This document shows, one piece after another, positions 12,601-22,287 of a DNA stretch of 64,000 bases. Positions within the stretch are counted from its first letter, which is position 1. Each line of letters begins with the position of its first letter. This DNA is from Thermostichus sp. DRC_bins_24. Lineage in GTDB: Bacteria; Cyanobacteriota; Cyanobacteriia; Thermostichales; Thermostichaceae. The notes below the pieces were generated by a model. The model was not told the DNA's origin. It ran no database searches and worked only from the letters and a program-made list of their open reading frames with translations. The translations under genes were made by a program, and so were the position numbers. Where the stretch lies: NCBI GenBank assembly GCA_039794845.1, contig JAUQVK010000115.1:1-64000 (forward strand), in the 5' to 3' direction.

Positions 12601-13539
12601 CTATTCGATCTGGGGAGGATTGTCTAGGGTATAAACCGTGGTCTCTGCGGCGATGGCACGACGCAGGTGGGCAGGTACCTGATAAAGGCCCAACAGGGTG
12701 ATCCCATCCAGAAATCGTAAGGGGCCACGGCTGGGATCCAACTGTTGCCCGAGGATCTGGTCGATCTGGTCCGGATCTGGTCGGGAGGGAATCGGGGCAT
12801 GGGCAGACAGGGCAAACCCGAGCGGTCCTCCATAGGTAGGGGTGTAGATGGCGTAGGGCTGCACGGCCGCAAACACCGTTTGCAGGGTATGAACGATGCG
12901 GGTGTGCTGCTGAAACTCCACCGGCCCCACCGGCCCCGCCTGCACCACGAAAGCCCCATCTGGCCCCAACTTAGAGCGGATCTGACCAAAAAACTCCTGG
13001 GTGAAAAGGCGATAGGCAGGGCCAGACTCAATCGGGTCGGACAGATCGGAGAGGATCACATCCCAGATGGGGGCAGTTTGCCAGAGAAAATCCAAAGCAT
13101 CGGCGATGACCACCTGCACCCGCGGATCCTCTAGGGCCCCCTGGTGCATTTCCGGCAGATGTTCTCGGCAGGCTTCTACCACCTCCCCGTCAATATCCAC
13201 CATCACCACCTGTTCCACCGAACGCCAGCGCAGTACCTCTCGTACCGTCGCCCCTTCGGCACCCCCCAACACCAGTACCCGCCTTGGGATCCCCCCCGCA
13301 TGGTGAACCTGCAGGAGGGCCGGATGCACCAAAGCCTCGTGGTAAAGGAATTCGTCCGCTGTGGTGGATTGCCAGCGCCCATCCAGCAGCAAGCCCTTCC
13401 CGTAGGCCCCCGTCTCGGCGATCAGCATCTCCTGAAAAGGGGTCTGTCGGTAGGCCAAAATGCGGGTGATGCCGCGCAGGCTGTAGTCCCAAGGGGTGGA
13501 GTGTTCCTGTACCCAGAGGGGGATCCGGGAGGTATCCAT
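12601..13539 (-). CDS. speE: Polyamine aminopropyltransferase (spermidine synthase family)
   Basis: LDGRWQST..DEFLYHEALVHP, LGGAEGAT.RE, VDID, DLSDP; adjacent to speD. Confidence 0.9.
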   Translation of the reverse strand: MDTSRIPLWVQEHSTPWDYSLRGITRILAYRQTPFQEMLIAETGAYGKGLLLDGRWQSTTADEFLYHEALVHPALLQVHHAGGIPRRVLVLGGAEGATVREVLRWRSVEQVVMVDIDGEVVEACREHLPEMHQGALEDPRVQVVIADALDFLWQTAPIWDVILSDLSDPIESGPAYRLFTQEFFGQIRSKLGPDGAFVVQAGPVGPVEFQQHTRIVHTLQTVFAAVQPYAIYTPTYGGPLGFALSAHAPIPSRPDPDQIDQILGQQLDPSRGPLRFLDGITLLGLYQVPAHLRRAIAAETTVYTLDNPPQIE

Positions 13540-13545
13540 GTCGGT

Positions 13546-13992
13546 TCAGCGTCGTCGGTGAGGGACAGCTTCCCGGCCAAGGGGGGAGTCTACCGAAGCA
13601 GTTACCCCCATGCGTCGACGCGGCACCTTGCGCAGAGAATGGGCTCCCGCTTGAAACACCTCGATCAAGTACTCACAGGCCACCTCCGGCTGAGTATGCC
13701 GACCACAGGTGAACACGTCCACCGCCGCATAGCCCGCTTCGGGCCAGGTGTGAATGGAGATGTGAGATTCCCCCAAAAGTGCGAGGGCCGTAATCCCCTG
13801 AGGCTCAAATCGGTGGCACAGCTCCCCCAAAAAGGTGGAGTTGGAGCGTCTCGCTGCCTCCCGCAATGCCTGTTGCACTAGGGAGACATTATCCAAAAGA
13901 TTGGCCGGGCAGTCGTACAGCTCTAGGATGCAGTGGATCCCGAATAGAGCCAGAGACCTATCCCCTAATTGGCCAGATAGTGTGTGAACCAT
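13546..13992 (-). CDS. speD: S-adenosylmethionine decarboxylase proenzyme
   Basis: F.PQG.T, LGE|SHISIHTWPE (pyruvoyl cleavage site), DVFTCG. Confidence 0.93.
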   Translation of the reverse strand: MVHTLSGQLGDRSLALFGIHCILELYDCPANLLDNVSLVQQALREAARRSNSTFLGELCHRFEPQGITALALLGESHISIHTWPEAGYAAVDVFTCGRHTQPEVACEYLIEVFQAGAHSLRKVPRRRMGVTASVDSPLGREAVPHRRR

Positions 13993-14016
13993 ACTATCCC
14001 CTAATTGGCCAGATAG
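13958..14016. repeat. 23-bp perfect direct repeat around the speD start
   Basis: CTATCCCCTAATTGGCCAGATAG at 13958-13980 and 13994-14016, 13-bp spacer. Confidence 0.9.
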
Positions 14017-14118
14017 AACAAAAGGCTATGCAAAAAAGCACAGCTTTGCTATTGTCTCACGACCTGTCAACTTTTGCTAGCCATCTGTGGGCTGCAAGCT
14101 TGGGGGCTAGATTGGGGC

Positions 14119-14775
14119 TCAGGGCTCAGCTGCTGCCTTCGGCAGTTGCATGTCGGGGTAAAGCAACGCTTCGAGCTGCTGCAGGGCCTGTTCAAGGTTG
14201 TCGTTGACGATCACATGGTCGAATTCATCTTGGGCATCCAGTTCTTTTTGGGCCTGTTGCAGGCGGCGCTCGATGCTGGCTTCTGTATCTTGGCCACGTT
14301 CGCGGATGCGGCGCTCTAGCTCCTGCAGAGAGGGGGGAGACAAAAAGATGCGGATTGCTTCCGGGCAATGCTGGCTCACCTGACGGGCCCCCGCCAGTTC
14401 AATTTCCAACAGTACATCCTGCCCCTGGCTGAGCTTGTCCAAGACCACCTCACGGGGGGTGCCGTAAAAGTTGCCTGCATACTGTGCCCATTCCAACAAC
14501 TTGCCAGCTTCAACCAGGTCCAGAAATTCCTCACGGCTGCGGAAATAGTAGTTGATCCCTTCCTGTTCACTGGGGCGAGGGGGGCGGGTGGTGACCGAAA
14601 CCGAAAAATGTAGATCCGGATGACGCTCTCGCAACTGCTTGACCAGCGTCCCTTTTCCCACTCCACTGGGCCCGGTTAAAACCAGCAGCCGACCTCGGGG
14701 CTTAGGAGGGGATCCCTGCCGCTGCACACCCTTAGAGGAGACCGGAGAGAAGAGCGTAGTGGGAGAGGCTGGCAT
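14119..14775 (-). CDS. gmk: Guanylate kinase
   Basis: [26 protein letters not shown]. Confidence 0.96.
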   Translation of the reverse strand: MPASPTTLFSPVSSKGVQRQGSPPKPRGRLLVLTGPSGVGKGTLVKQLRERHPDLHFSVSVTTRPPRPSEQEGINYYFRSREEFLDLVEAGKLLEWAQYAGNFYGTPREVVLDKLSQGQDVLLEIELAGARQVSQHCPEAIRIFLSPPSLQELERRIRERGQDTEASIERRLQQAQKELDAQDEFDHVIVNDNLEQALQQLEALLYPDMQLPKAAAEP

Positions 14776-14870
14776 AGATCGACGAGCAAGGAGGAATGGC
14801 GGGGCAGCCGGTTTGTTTTAGGATATCTCACTCTTTGCTTCGCAGACTGCCTACAGCACAAGGGTGGCCC

Positions 14871-15140
14871 CTAATCGGTTTCTTCTGGTAACCCGAGCTT
14901 AGCGGTTAGGAAACGGTTGGCAACGGTCTCGGGTTGAATGGCAGAGAGAATGATGTGTCCAGAATCGGTGATGATCACGGCGCGGGTACGGCGGCCATAG
15001 GTAGCATCCACCAACTGGCCGCGGTCGCGGGCATCGCTGATAATGCGCTTGATGGGGGCTGACTCGGGGCTGACAATGGCGATCACACGTCCGGCAGCGA
15101 CAATATTGCCAAAGCCAATGTTGATAAGACGAGTATCCAT
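14871..15140 (-). CDS. remA: RemA/DUF370 regulator
   Basis: [28 protein letters not shown]; conserved remA-gmk order. Confidence 0.93.
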   Translation of the reverse strand: MDTRLINIGFGNIVAAGRVIAIVSPESAPIKRIISDARDRGQLVDATYGRRTRAVIITDSGHIILSAIQPETVANRFLTAKLGLPEETD

Positions 15141-15259
15141 GGGAGAGGGGTAAACCTAACGGCTGTCCAGCCGGCAACCTCCATTAAAGTAGCAAATAAA
15201 ACGGATAATCAGCATCTTTACGGATAAAAGAGAATGACTAACTACTTACTTAAGGCTTA

Positions 15260-15411
15260 CAGCCCTTGCGCGGGTTTTCTGCAGCAAGGATTGTGCTTCC
15301 TCAGCCTTCTAGAGAGCGGATCCTAACTCCCACAGTTGTTATACGTGACTAGCGGTGCCCTATGGGTCGCCATGGGCAAACGCGCCAGCGTGCCCTAGGC
15401 GTAAAGGGCTG
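15260..15411 (+). mobile_element. MITE family 1, copy A (104-bp core plus 48-bp insert)
   Basis: TIR CAGCCCTT...AAGGGCTG, TA on both sides; core aligns without gaps to the reverse complement of 55238-55341. Confidence 0.9.
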
Positions 15412-15729
15412 TACTTAAGATGAGGAAGATCTCGGCCAACATCACCCAAGAGCAGAAAATACATAGGGGCACTTCGATTAATTGCCTTGTTGCAAATCAG
15501 ATAAGGCTAGAAAACCTATTCTATCGTTGCTATTCTCAATAAGGTCTGGATTTTTCGATGTGCCCAAAGTTTTGGAATGCGACCTTGATCACTGTCCTAG
15601 TGGCTAAGACAGCATTATGCTTGGCGAAGTGAGTGTAGAAAAGAGCTCTCTATGAAGTCTTGAGAATGGGCTTGCGAGAGAGGATGCCCATGGTGGTTCG
15701 CTGCAACGGATCCCTACCAGGTGAAGATC

Positions 15730-18519
15730 ATGCAACCCAATTTGGAGAATTACCTCCTCAATCAGCGTTACCGCCTTCATCATTTGATCAGCGAGGGGGG
15801 GATGGGAGCTGTCTATCAGGCGGCAGATACACAACGCTTCGATGCAACGGTGGCAGTGAAATTGCTGCACCAAAGGCTGCTGGTCAAATCTCATCTACAC
15901 GATCAATTGCTGCAACGGTTTGCCACTGAAGCCAAGATCAGCATTCTATTAGGCAACCATCCCAACATCATCAAGGTGATGGACTATGGCCTAGAGGGAG
16001 ATCAGCCTTTTTTGGTGATGGAATTTTTGGGGGAAGCGCCCTTAATCGGGCAGAGCCTGAGCCAAATGTTGAACCAAGAGGGGCCGATGGCTCCAGAGCG
16101 GGTGGTACGTCTGGCGCGGCAGGTCTGTGCCGGATTACACCATGCCCATTGCTTTGAGCGGGAGTTGGATGGCATTTCCATCCAAGGGGTGATCCACCGA
16201 GATATCAAACCCAGCAACATTTACATCGTCCGGGATCCCACTTCTGGCCAAGGGGGAGAAACCGTTAAGCTGCTGGATTTTGGCATTGCCAAGGTCTTAA
16301 GCGATATGACCCTGAGCCTGGGTACGGAGGCTTTGGGTTTTCTGGGCACCGCCCAGTACGCTTCCCCCGAACAGCTCCGTGGAAAAGTGTTGGATGCCCG
16401 TTCTGACATTTACTCCCTCGGTTTGGTGCTCTACGAGATGCTGACGGGGCAATCGCCCTTGGAGCCCGAGACCGATTCCTTTTGGGCTTGGATCGATGCC
16501 CACAATCACCAACCTCCCAAACCCTTGCCCCTGGAGCAACTGCCCCACGCTATTCCCCCCGCCCTACAGCAGATCGTCTTTGCCTGTCTGGCAAAGGATC
16601 GGGAAGAACGGCCCGTCAGTATGCAAGCCCTCAGTAATGCTCTAGAGGCCGTGCTGCAACCGCCGCCAGAAGGGGCAACTGTTGCGGACATCACCACTTG
16701 GATCACACACATTTTGAAGCACACGGTGCCCCCCTCTCTGCCCGTGACCCGCTCCGATATCACCGTTGAGTTACCACCCAAGCTGGGTATTACTTCTGAC
16801 TCCGGGGGAGCAGTCAGTGCCCCCATTCAACCTCCTCCTTCCCAGGGATCCGGCAGCGATTCTGCTGTCCCCAGTTCCGGATCCCCCAGTTCTAAGCCGG
16901 CCCTTCCCCTCACTCCCGGTGCCCCCCTATTTGCCGCCCGGGAAGAAAACCCTTCCGTTTTGGAAGAGGACTTGCTGCAGCCATCTGAGATAAGCGCTTC
17001 TTACCCCCCAGGAGAACCGGCCGATATCTCCCCACCTTCAGAAGGCGCCGGTAGCGAAACATCAGAAGGGATCCCTTCCACAGTGCAGTTTTCCTCCATT
17101 CCCATTGTCCCACCCCCACCTGCAACTGAACCAAAGCAACCTCTTATTCCGCAGCCCCAGGAAACCCCAACCCCCTCACGCACTTCTCCTCCAGGCACGG
17201 GATCCCCGTCAGCCCCCGCCTCTTATGGCAGGATGACTCCACAGCGCTCTGCAGCTAGGGCTCATAAGGCTCAGGCTCCCCAAACCCAAGTTGTTCAAAA
17301 AGCAGCCTCGGGAAAAGGAGCTGGGTTCTTCGGTCTGCTCCTGGCCCTTTTGGGTTCGGCGGCGGCAGGGCTGTGGTACTTTTCCATGCGCACTGCCTTT
17401 GTGCCTGAGACTCCAGAACCGGATCCCTCTCCCACGCCGCTGGTGGTAGCAACTCCTGAACCAGAACCGGATCCCTCGCCAGAAGCTACCCCCGAGCTGA
17501 CACCGACCCCAGAATCGACGGCCACGCCCGAAGCTACCCCCACTCCAACGCCGATCCCGGAAGCAACTCCCACAGCAACCCCAACGCCTGAATCCACCCC
17601 AACACCAACACCCGAACCAACAGCAACCCCGACCCCGATTCCTACTCCAACGCCCACTCCTGTCCCCACACCAACACCTACCCCTTTAGCCGCAACCCCA
17701 ACGCCCACTCCAGTACCCGCAACCCCCCCGCCGACTCCAGTGCCGCAATTTACCCCCCTCATTCACGGAATTCGGCCTCCAACGACCTCGCCTTCAGTTC
17801 CTAGTGTTCAACTTCCTGATGTTCAACTTCCTGATGTCCAAGTTCCCAGTACTCCACAGGGTGTAGATGTGGTTGCCCTTTTGGATCGGGGCCGTAGCTT
17901 AATCGGTACAGGACGCGGGTTGGATGCGTTGGTCACCTTTGAGCGGGCCACTGAAGCCGATCCAAATTCTGCCGCCGCTTGGAGTGGTAAATGTATGGCA
18001 GCCGTGTTGCTAGGGCAATTCCCAGAGGCCCTTTCTGCCTGTGAGCGTTCCCAACAAATTGCTGCCGATCACCCCGAGGCTTCCACCGGACGGTGTGCCG
18101 CTTTGATTGGGTTGGGACGTCAATCGGAAGCAGGGCCTGTGTGTAACCGAGCCGTGCAATTGGATGCCAACAATGCCTATTCGTGGCTGAATCAGGGGGC
18201 TTACTTGATTTGGGCTCAAGACTTCGCCAAAGCAGCCGAGGCTAGCCAGAGAGCAACTCAACTCAACGGCAACCTTTACCAAGCTTGGTTCAATCAAGCC
18301 CTATCTCTGTCTGCCTTGCGACGCTTCGATGAGGCCCTCCGTGCTGCTGACAAGGCAGTGGAATTGCGCCCGAATTTGGCGGATGCTTGGTATGGCCGGG
18401 GCTTGATCCTAGAGCAACTGGGCCGTAAAGAGGAAGCCATAAACTCCTACAAACGGGCTGTTGAGCTACGTCCTGGCTATCCTGAGGCATTGGCAGGAGT
18501 GGGCAGACTCTCTGACTGA
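15730..18519 (+). CDS. Membrane Ser/Thr protein kinase with Pro/Thr-rich linker and C-terminal TPR repeats
   Basis: GGMGAVY, VAVK, HRDIKPSN, DFG, SPEQ, DIYSLG; TM FFGLLLALLGSAAAGLWYF; (TP)n stretch; TPRs. Confidence 0.93.
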   Translation: MQPNLENYLLNQRYRLHHLISEGGMGAVYQAADTQRFDATVAVKLLHQRLLVKSHLHDQLLQRFATEAKISILLGNHPNIIKVMDYGLEGDQPFLVMEFLGEAPLIGQSLSQMLNQEGPMAPERVVRLARQVCAGLHHAHCFERELDGISIQGVIHRDIKPSNIYIVRDPTSGQGGETVKLLDFGIAKVLSDMTLSLGTEALGFLGTAQYASPEQLRGKVLDARSDIYSLGLVLYEMLTGQSPLEPETDSFWAWIDAHNHQPPKPLPLEQLPHAIPPALQQIVFACLAKDREERPVSMQALSNALEAVLQPPPEGATVADITTWITHILKHTVPPSLPVTRSDITVELPPKLGITSDSGGAVSAPIQPPPSQGSGSDSAVPSSGSPSSKPALPLTPGAPLFAAREENPSVLEEDLLQPSEISASYPPGEPADISPPSEGAGSETSEGIPSTVQFSSIPIVPPPPATEPKQPLIPQPQETPTPSRTSPPGTGSPSAPASYGRMTPQRSAARAHKAQAPQTQVVQKAASGKGAGFFGLLLALLGSAAAGLWYFSMRTAFVPETPEPDPSPTPLVVATPEPEPDPSPEATPELTPTPESTATPEATPTPTPIPEATPTATPTPESTPTPTPEPTATPTPIPTPTPTPVPTPTPTPLAATPTPTPVPATPPPTPVPQFTPLIHGIRPPTTSPSVPSVQLPDVQLPDVQVPSTPQGVDVVALLDRGRSLIGTGRGLDALVTFERATEADPNSAAAWSGKCMAAVLLGQFPEALSACERSQQIAADHPEASTGRCAALIGLGRQSEAGPVCNRAVQLDANNAYSWLNQGAYLIWAQDFAKAAEASQRATQLNGNLYQAWFNQALSLSALRRFDEALRAADKAVELRPNLADAWYGRGLILEQLGRKEEAINSYKRAVELRPGYPEALAGVGRLSD

Positions 18520-18687
18520 TATTGAATCAATACTGATTGTGAGATTACCCAACAGCAGCCTGAAAAATCGAAAGAAATTGCAATGGAAGAGGGGGCTTCC
18601 AACCACTCCTAAACTTTTTGGAGAGCAGATGACGGCTGAACACCTAGCGTTCACCAGCCCAAAACCAACCTTCAGGGGGAGTTAATC

Positions 18688-19347
18688 GTGTCAAATATAT
18701 CTAATCCCTCCACTCATATCAGTGTTATTCTCGACCGCACCGGATCCATGCAACCTATCCGGGAGGATATCATTGGCGGTTTTAATGCCTTTCTGCATGA
18801 GCAGCAGGCCCAGCCAGATCCAGCCACCCTCACCCTGGTTCAATTTGATTCCGGGGATCCCTACGAAGTGATCCACCATTTTCGACCGATCGCTGAGATT
18901 CCCGATTTGACCCGCAAAACCTACGTTCCCCGTGCCACTACTCCCCTTTTGGATGCCATGGGCCGAGGGATCAATGACCTGGAAAAATCCTTGGCCGATC
19001 TCTCGGAAAAACCCAGCCGCATCATCATGGTGATCATCACCGATGGACAAGAAAATGCTAGCCGTGAATTTACTCGTGACCAAGTTCAAAAGATGATTAC
19101 GGAAAAACAGGCTGCCGGTTGGCAATTTGTCTTTTTAAGTGCTGATTTATCGGCCATCGATGAAGCGATTGCCAGTGGTGTACGTGCGACTTCCTCCATG
19201 TCCTTCGACAAAAGCAGCAAGGGATCCCGCAGAGCTTGGTTCTCTACCTCCGCCCGCATTATTAAATATCGCAATCATCAATCACCAGCCATCGAGTTCA
19301 CCGATGAAGATCGCCAGCAACAGGAGAGCGAAAAGAAACGCCGCTGA
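18688..19347 (+). CDS. Stand-alone von Willebrand factor A domain protein
   Basis: MIDAS-like LDRTGSM, TPLLDAMG, IITDG.ENAS. Confidence 0.88.
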   Translation: MSNISNPSTHISVILDRTGSMQPIREDIIGGFNAFLHEQQAQPDPATLTLVQFDSGDPYEVIHHFRPIAEIPDLTRKTYVPRATTPLLDAMGRGINDLEKSLADLSEKPSRIIMVIITDGQENASREFTRDQVQKMITEKQAAGWQFVFLSADLSAIDEAIASGVRATSSMSFDKSSKGSRRAWFSTSARIIKYRNHQSPAIEFTDEDRQQQESEKKRR

Positions 19348-19364
19348 GGCTCTTTCTCCTCATA

Positions 19365-19467
19365 CAGCCTTTTCCGACTTGACGTAGGGTGTAGGGCAAG
19401 GGAGAAACCCTCTGCTAGACAAGGAACCTTCCGCATTGACTGTAGTGGATAACGCTGGAAAAGGCTG
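19365..19467. mobile_element. MITE family 2 (103 bp)
   Basis: Perfect 11-bp TIR CAGCCTTTTCC...GGAAAAGGCTG, TA on both sides; interior unlike family 1. Confidence 0.8.
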
Positions 19468-19493
19468 TAACCCAATTGCTAACCAACCCCTTT

Positions 19494-19673
19494 TAGCCCT
19501 TGCACGGGTCTTTATACAATAGGGCTTGTGCTTCCTGCTCTGGCTACACAAGGGGTGGAGCACCCTCCCTTCAGAGGGGAGGTCTCGGCTTCCACGGTTG
19601 TTGTATGTGACCGGCGTTGCCCTACGGGCTGCCATGGGCGAATACGCTAGCATGTCCTCGGCGTAAAGAGCTG
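19494..19673 (+). mobile_element. MITE family 1, copy C (degenerate, carries both inserts)
   Basis: AGCCCTTGCACGGGTC...GTGACCGGCG[insert]AAAGAGCTG-TA, homologous to copies A and D. Confidence 0.85.
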
Positions 19674-19759
19674 TAAATCAATTTTGTACCCATGTGGGAT
19701 CTCTTGAATGACAAAAGCAAGGGATCCCTTCTGTTTGTTGGTTGTCCTCCGATTTGCAA

Positions 19760-19799
19760 CAAAGTGATCAATCAAAGTGATCAATCAAAGTGATTAATC
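19760..19799. repeat. 13-bp tandem repeat x3
   Basis: CAAAGTGATCAAT CAAAGTGATCAAT CAAAGTGATTAAT. Confidence 0.85.
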
Positions 19800-19821
19800 G
19801 GGTAACTAACCGAAGTGCCCC

Positions 19822-20430
19822 TCAGTTTGCATCCTGAATGGTGAGAATGGCGGTCGTACAGCAGGGGGCACCTGAGTAGGGATCCCCACCGGGAGGCTCA
19901 AGCAGGTTCAATATCAGCGTCCGATCCCCTACGGGGTTGAGGTTGTTGATGAGCTCAATCACCAAAGTGGCCCGACTTTGTCCCGCAGGAACCGTGAGCT
20001 CGGTGCTGAAGGGGACGTAATCTCTGCCGGGAACTGCCGTTGAACTGGGATCCACTTGAAAAGTGACCGGAATGCTCTGCTGGGCGGTTTGCTCAGTGAT
20101 GCGGCCTTGATTCAGCTCATTTCTATTGAGGAGGGTAAACACCACCCGCTGAGAAGGTTGAGTTTCCGGCACCGTCAACCGCACGGGATCCCCGATATTG
20201 GAAAAGCCAAGGGATCCAGGTGCTTCGGGCTGGATAATCGGTTGGCCAGCTGCATCGAAAAACCGCAAGCCCACCAATGGAGCCGGGAAAAGAATAGGAG
20301 CCAAGCCAGAAGCTGCACCACATCCAGTCAGGGTGACCAATGCCGCAACCTTGCATACCAAAGAGCCCAAGTGGCTCCAGGCAAACTTGATTTGACCGGG
20401 CAAGTGAACTTTGACAACTGAGGATCCCAT
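19822..20430 (-). CDS. Putative lipoprotein with Calx-beta-like C-terminal domain
   Basis: Lipobox LTGC; TAVPGRDY...LT.PAGQS...I.LIN....GDRTL.LNL...TA.LTIQD. Confidence 0.7.
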   Translation of the reverse strand: MGSSVVKVHLPGQIKFAWSHLGSLVCKVAALVTLTGCGAASGLAPILFPAPLVGLRFFDAAGQPIIQPEAPGSLGFSNIGDPVRLTVPETQPSQRVVFTLLNRNELNQGRITEQTAQQSIPVTFQVDPSSTAVPGRDYVPFSTELTVPAGQSRATLVIELINNLNPVGDRTLILNLLEPPGGDPYSGAPCCTTAILTIQDAN

Positions 20431-20675
20431 GCCGGTGCACTGACTAGCTTACCGTTAGACATAGCCTACAACACTTTTGGGAGATTTACCTTATCAAAAA
20501 ACAGAACTCAACATTGAGATTTGGGTTTGTGCAGACTTCCCAGAATTCAGTTGTGAAGCGCTGAAGAGATTTCAAGTTCAACACCTTTGTAGCCGCACTT
20601 CTCACAGGGCTAGCCACTGACAGTCTGAAAAGACAAGTCAAAGGGTAAAGAGTGCTTGGGTATCAGAATCGGGGT

Positions 20676-20805
20676 CAGCCCTTGCGCGGGTCTTCTACAA
20701 CAGGGCTTGTGTTTCCTGCTCCCGCCCCACGGGGCTCGGAGGGCTCTCCTTCTAGAGAGTGGATCTCAACTTCCACGGTTGTTACACGTGACTAACGAAA
20801 GTCTG
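20676..20805 (+). mobile_element. MITE family 1, copy D (carries insert 1)
   Basis: CAGCCCTTGCGCGGG...GTGACTAACGAAAGTCTG-TA. Confidence 0.85.
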
Positions 20806-20891
20806 TATTAAGTCCTAGAGGTTGAATCAGCTTCTGAACCCAATGTTCAAAGCAGGCCTCAAATTGTTGCGAAAAACAAGTCTTTCAGCCA

Positions 20892-21380
20892 GGGCAGCAG
20901 GAGCCCCGCACCCTACCCTTTCGAGGGGGGGTCGGGAGGAATGCGCCGCCGGCAGCGGGATGAAATCACATAAACCAACTCCTGACCATCTCCTGCAAGC
21001 TCAAGGTATCCGAATCACAGACCGCAAAACCAATCCGACTCCGGAGGCGTTTGGGCTGCAATCCCTTTGCTACCACGAGATTCGCGCTCGCTTTGGCCTG
21101 TCGAGCAACTTGGCCCAACAGGTTTGCAGGGGAGTGGCCGGTTCTCGGAAGGTGGCCAAACAAAAGCATCGCCCGGTCAAAGCGGTCAAGTCGGATTTTC
21201 TCGTTTCGGGAAAAAGACCGGACGGCTCGCCGGAGCCGGGCGAGCACAGTTTCACTCACCACCGTTGATGGGCGTGAGCGGTTGGTTATCTTGTGGGTTG
21301 AGCGAGATAGGCGGAGGGCTACTGAAGGGCTTTTGGAAAGCCCGCGACTGTGTAAGCCGTCAGCGGCGGGAAGACGTTAC
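20892..21380 (+). mobile_element. tnpB: Internally deleted IS200/IS605-family element with tnpB pseudogene fragments
   Basis: Left-end hairpin CCCGCACCCTACCC...GTCGGGAGGA; TnpB-like fragments LQSLCYHEIRARFGLSSNLAQQVCR and RIFSFREKD..TVSLTTVDGRER in different frames; right-end-like AAGCCCGCG...GCGGGAAGACGTTAC; no RuvC region. Confidence 0.75.
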
Positions 21381-21384
21381 TGAG

Positions 21385-22197
21385 CTAGGTGAGCGGTGTG
21401 CCACAGCGCTTGCAAAATTGGGCATCGACATCATGTTGGGACAAGCCACATCCTGGGCAAACCCGTTGCACCAAGTTGCCGCTTTTCACCAGTTGTTTGA
21501 TCAGATCCCCTACCTGCCAGGGAATCAAGGCAATGCCCGTCAAAATCATCAGCACCGTCAACAACCGGCCCAACTCAGAAATGGGAGTGAGATCCCCAAA
21601 CCCTACCGTGGTCATGGTGACAACGGAAAAGTAGAAGGCATCCAAAAAGGTGGCAAAGGCGCCCGGATTGACCGGATGTTCCACCTGATAGATCAGCCCG
21701 GAATAGACAAAGAGAATGGCAAAGAGGGTGAAGAAAATACGCAGCAAAATGCGGCTATCGGAGGAAATGACCTGCCCGAATAGGGTTTTGCCCTCCACCA
21801 GGCGCAGCAATCGCAAAATGCGAAACCAGCGAAAGATGCGGATAAAGCGAATATCCGTCAGGCCGGCAAAAAACGGCAAAATGGCGAGCAAATCGATCAC
21901 CGAATACAAGCTAAGCACGTAGCGCAGTTTTTGGGGGGCTGCCGCCAAACGGAGCAAATATTCCACCACAAACAGGCTGAGGATGACCCGATCCGCCCGA
22001 TCCAGTCCCAGGCGCACCTCGGCGGGAATGGGATAGGTTTCCACCACAAAGAAGGTGACCGAACAGAAGGCCAGCACGGTGACCAGCAAATTTACCCAGC
22101 GGCTTTCGGGGGTGTCCTGATCCCCCCAGTAGCGTTGGAGGATCCCAAGATGGGTGAGCTCAGTTTGGGTAGGGGCTTGGGAGTGTAGGGTGGTCAC
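21385..22197 (-). CDS. Potassium channel (ion transport protein) with C-terminal zinc ribbon
   Basis: S4-like [16 protein letters not shown], filter TTVGFGD, CPGC...CKRCG; start codon uncertain. Confidence 0.92.
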   Translation of the reverse strand: MTTLHSQAPTQTELTHLGILQRYWGDQDTPESRWVNLLVTVLAFCSVTFFVVETYPIPAEVRLGLDRADRVILSLFVVEYLLRLAAAPQKLRYVLSLYSVIDLLAILPFFAGLTDIRFIRIFRWFRILRLLRLVEGKTLFGQVISSDSRILLRIFFTLFAILFVYSGLIYQVEHPVNPGAFATFLDAFYFSVVTMTTVGFGDLTPISELGRLLTVLMILTGIALIPWQVGDLIKQLVKSGNLVQRVCPGCGLSQHDVDAQFCKRCGTPLT

Positions 22198-22287
22198 GAA
22201 CGGGATCCGGCTGCGAAGGGTATCGAGAGGGCCAACCTTTTGGCGCACACTGGAAGGGCAAACCCTCAGGCGTTTGGTGTTGAACCG

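Noticed and set aside
13958..14016. Mini CRISPR array
   Set aside because: Only two 23-bp units, a 13-bp spacer that is too short, overlap with speD coding sequence, and no cas genes.
15578..15593. CRP-like site TGCGA-N6-TCACT upstream of the kinase
   Set aside because: An 8/10 match with no supporting context; likely by chance.
17295..17762. Gly/Val-rich ORF on the minus strand
   Set aside because: Mirror of the kinase Pro/Thr repeat.
20822..21383. Functional TnpB nuclease
   Set aside because: Fragments lie in different frames and the RuvC and zinc-finger region is missing.
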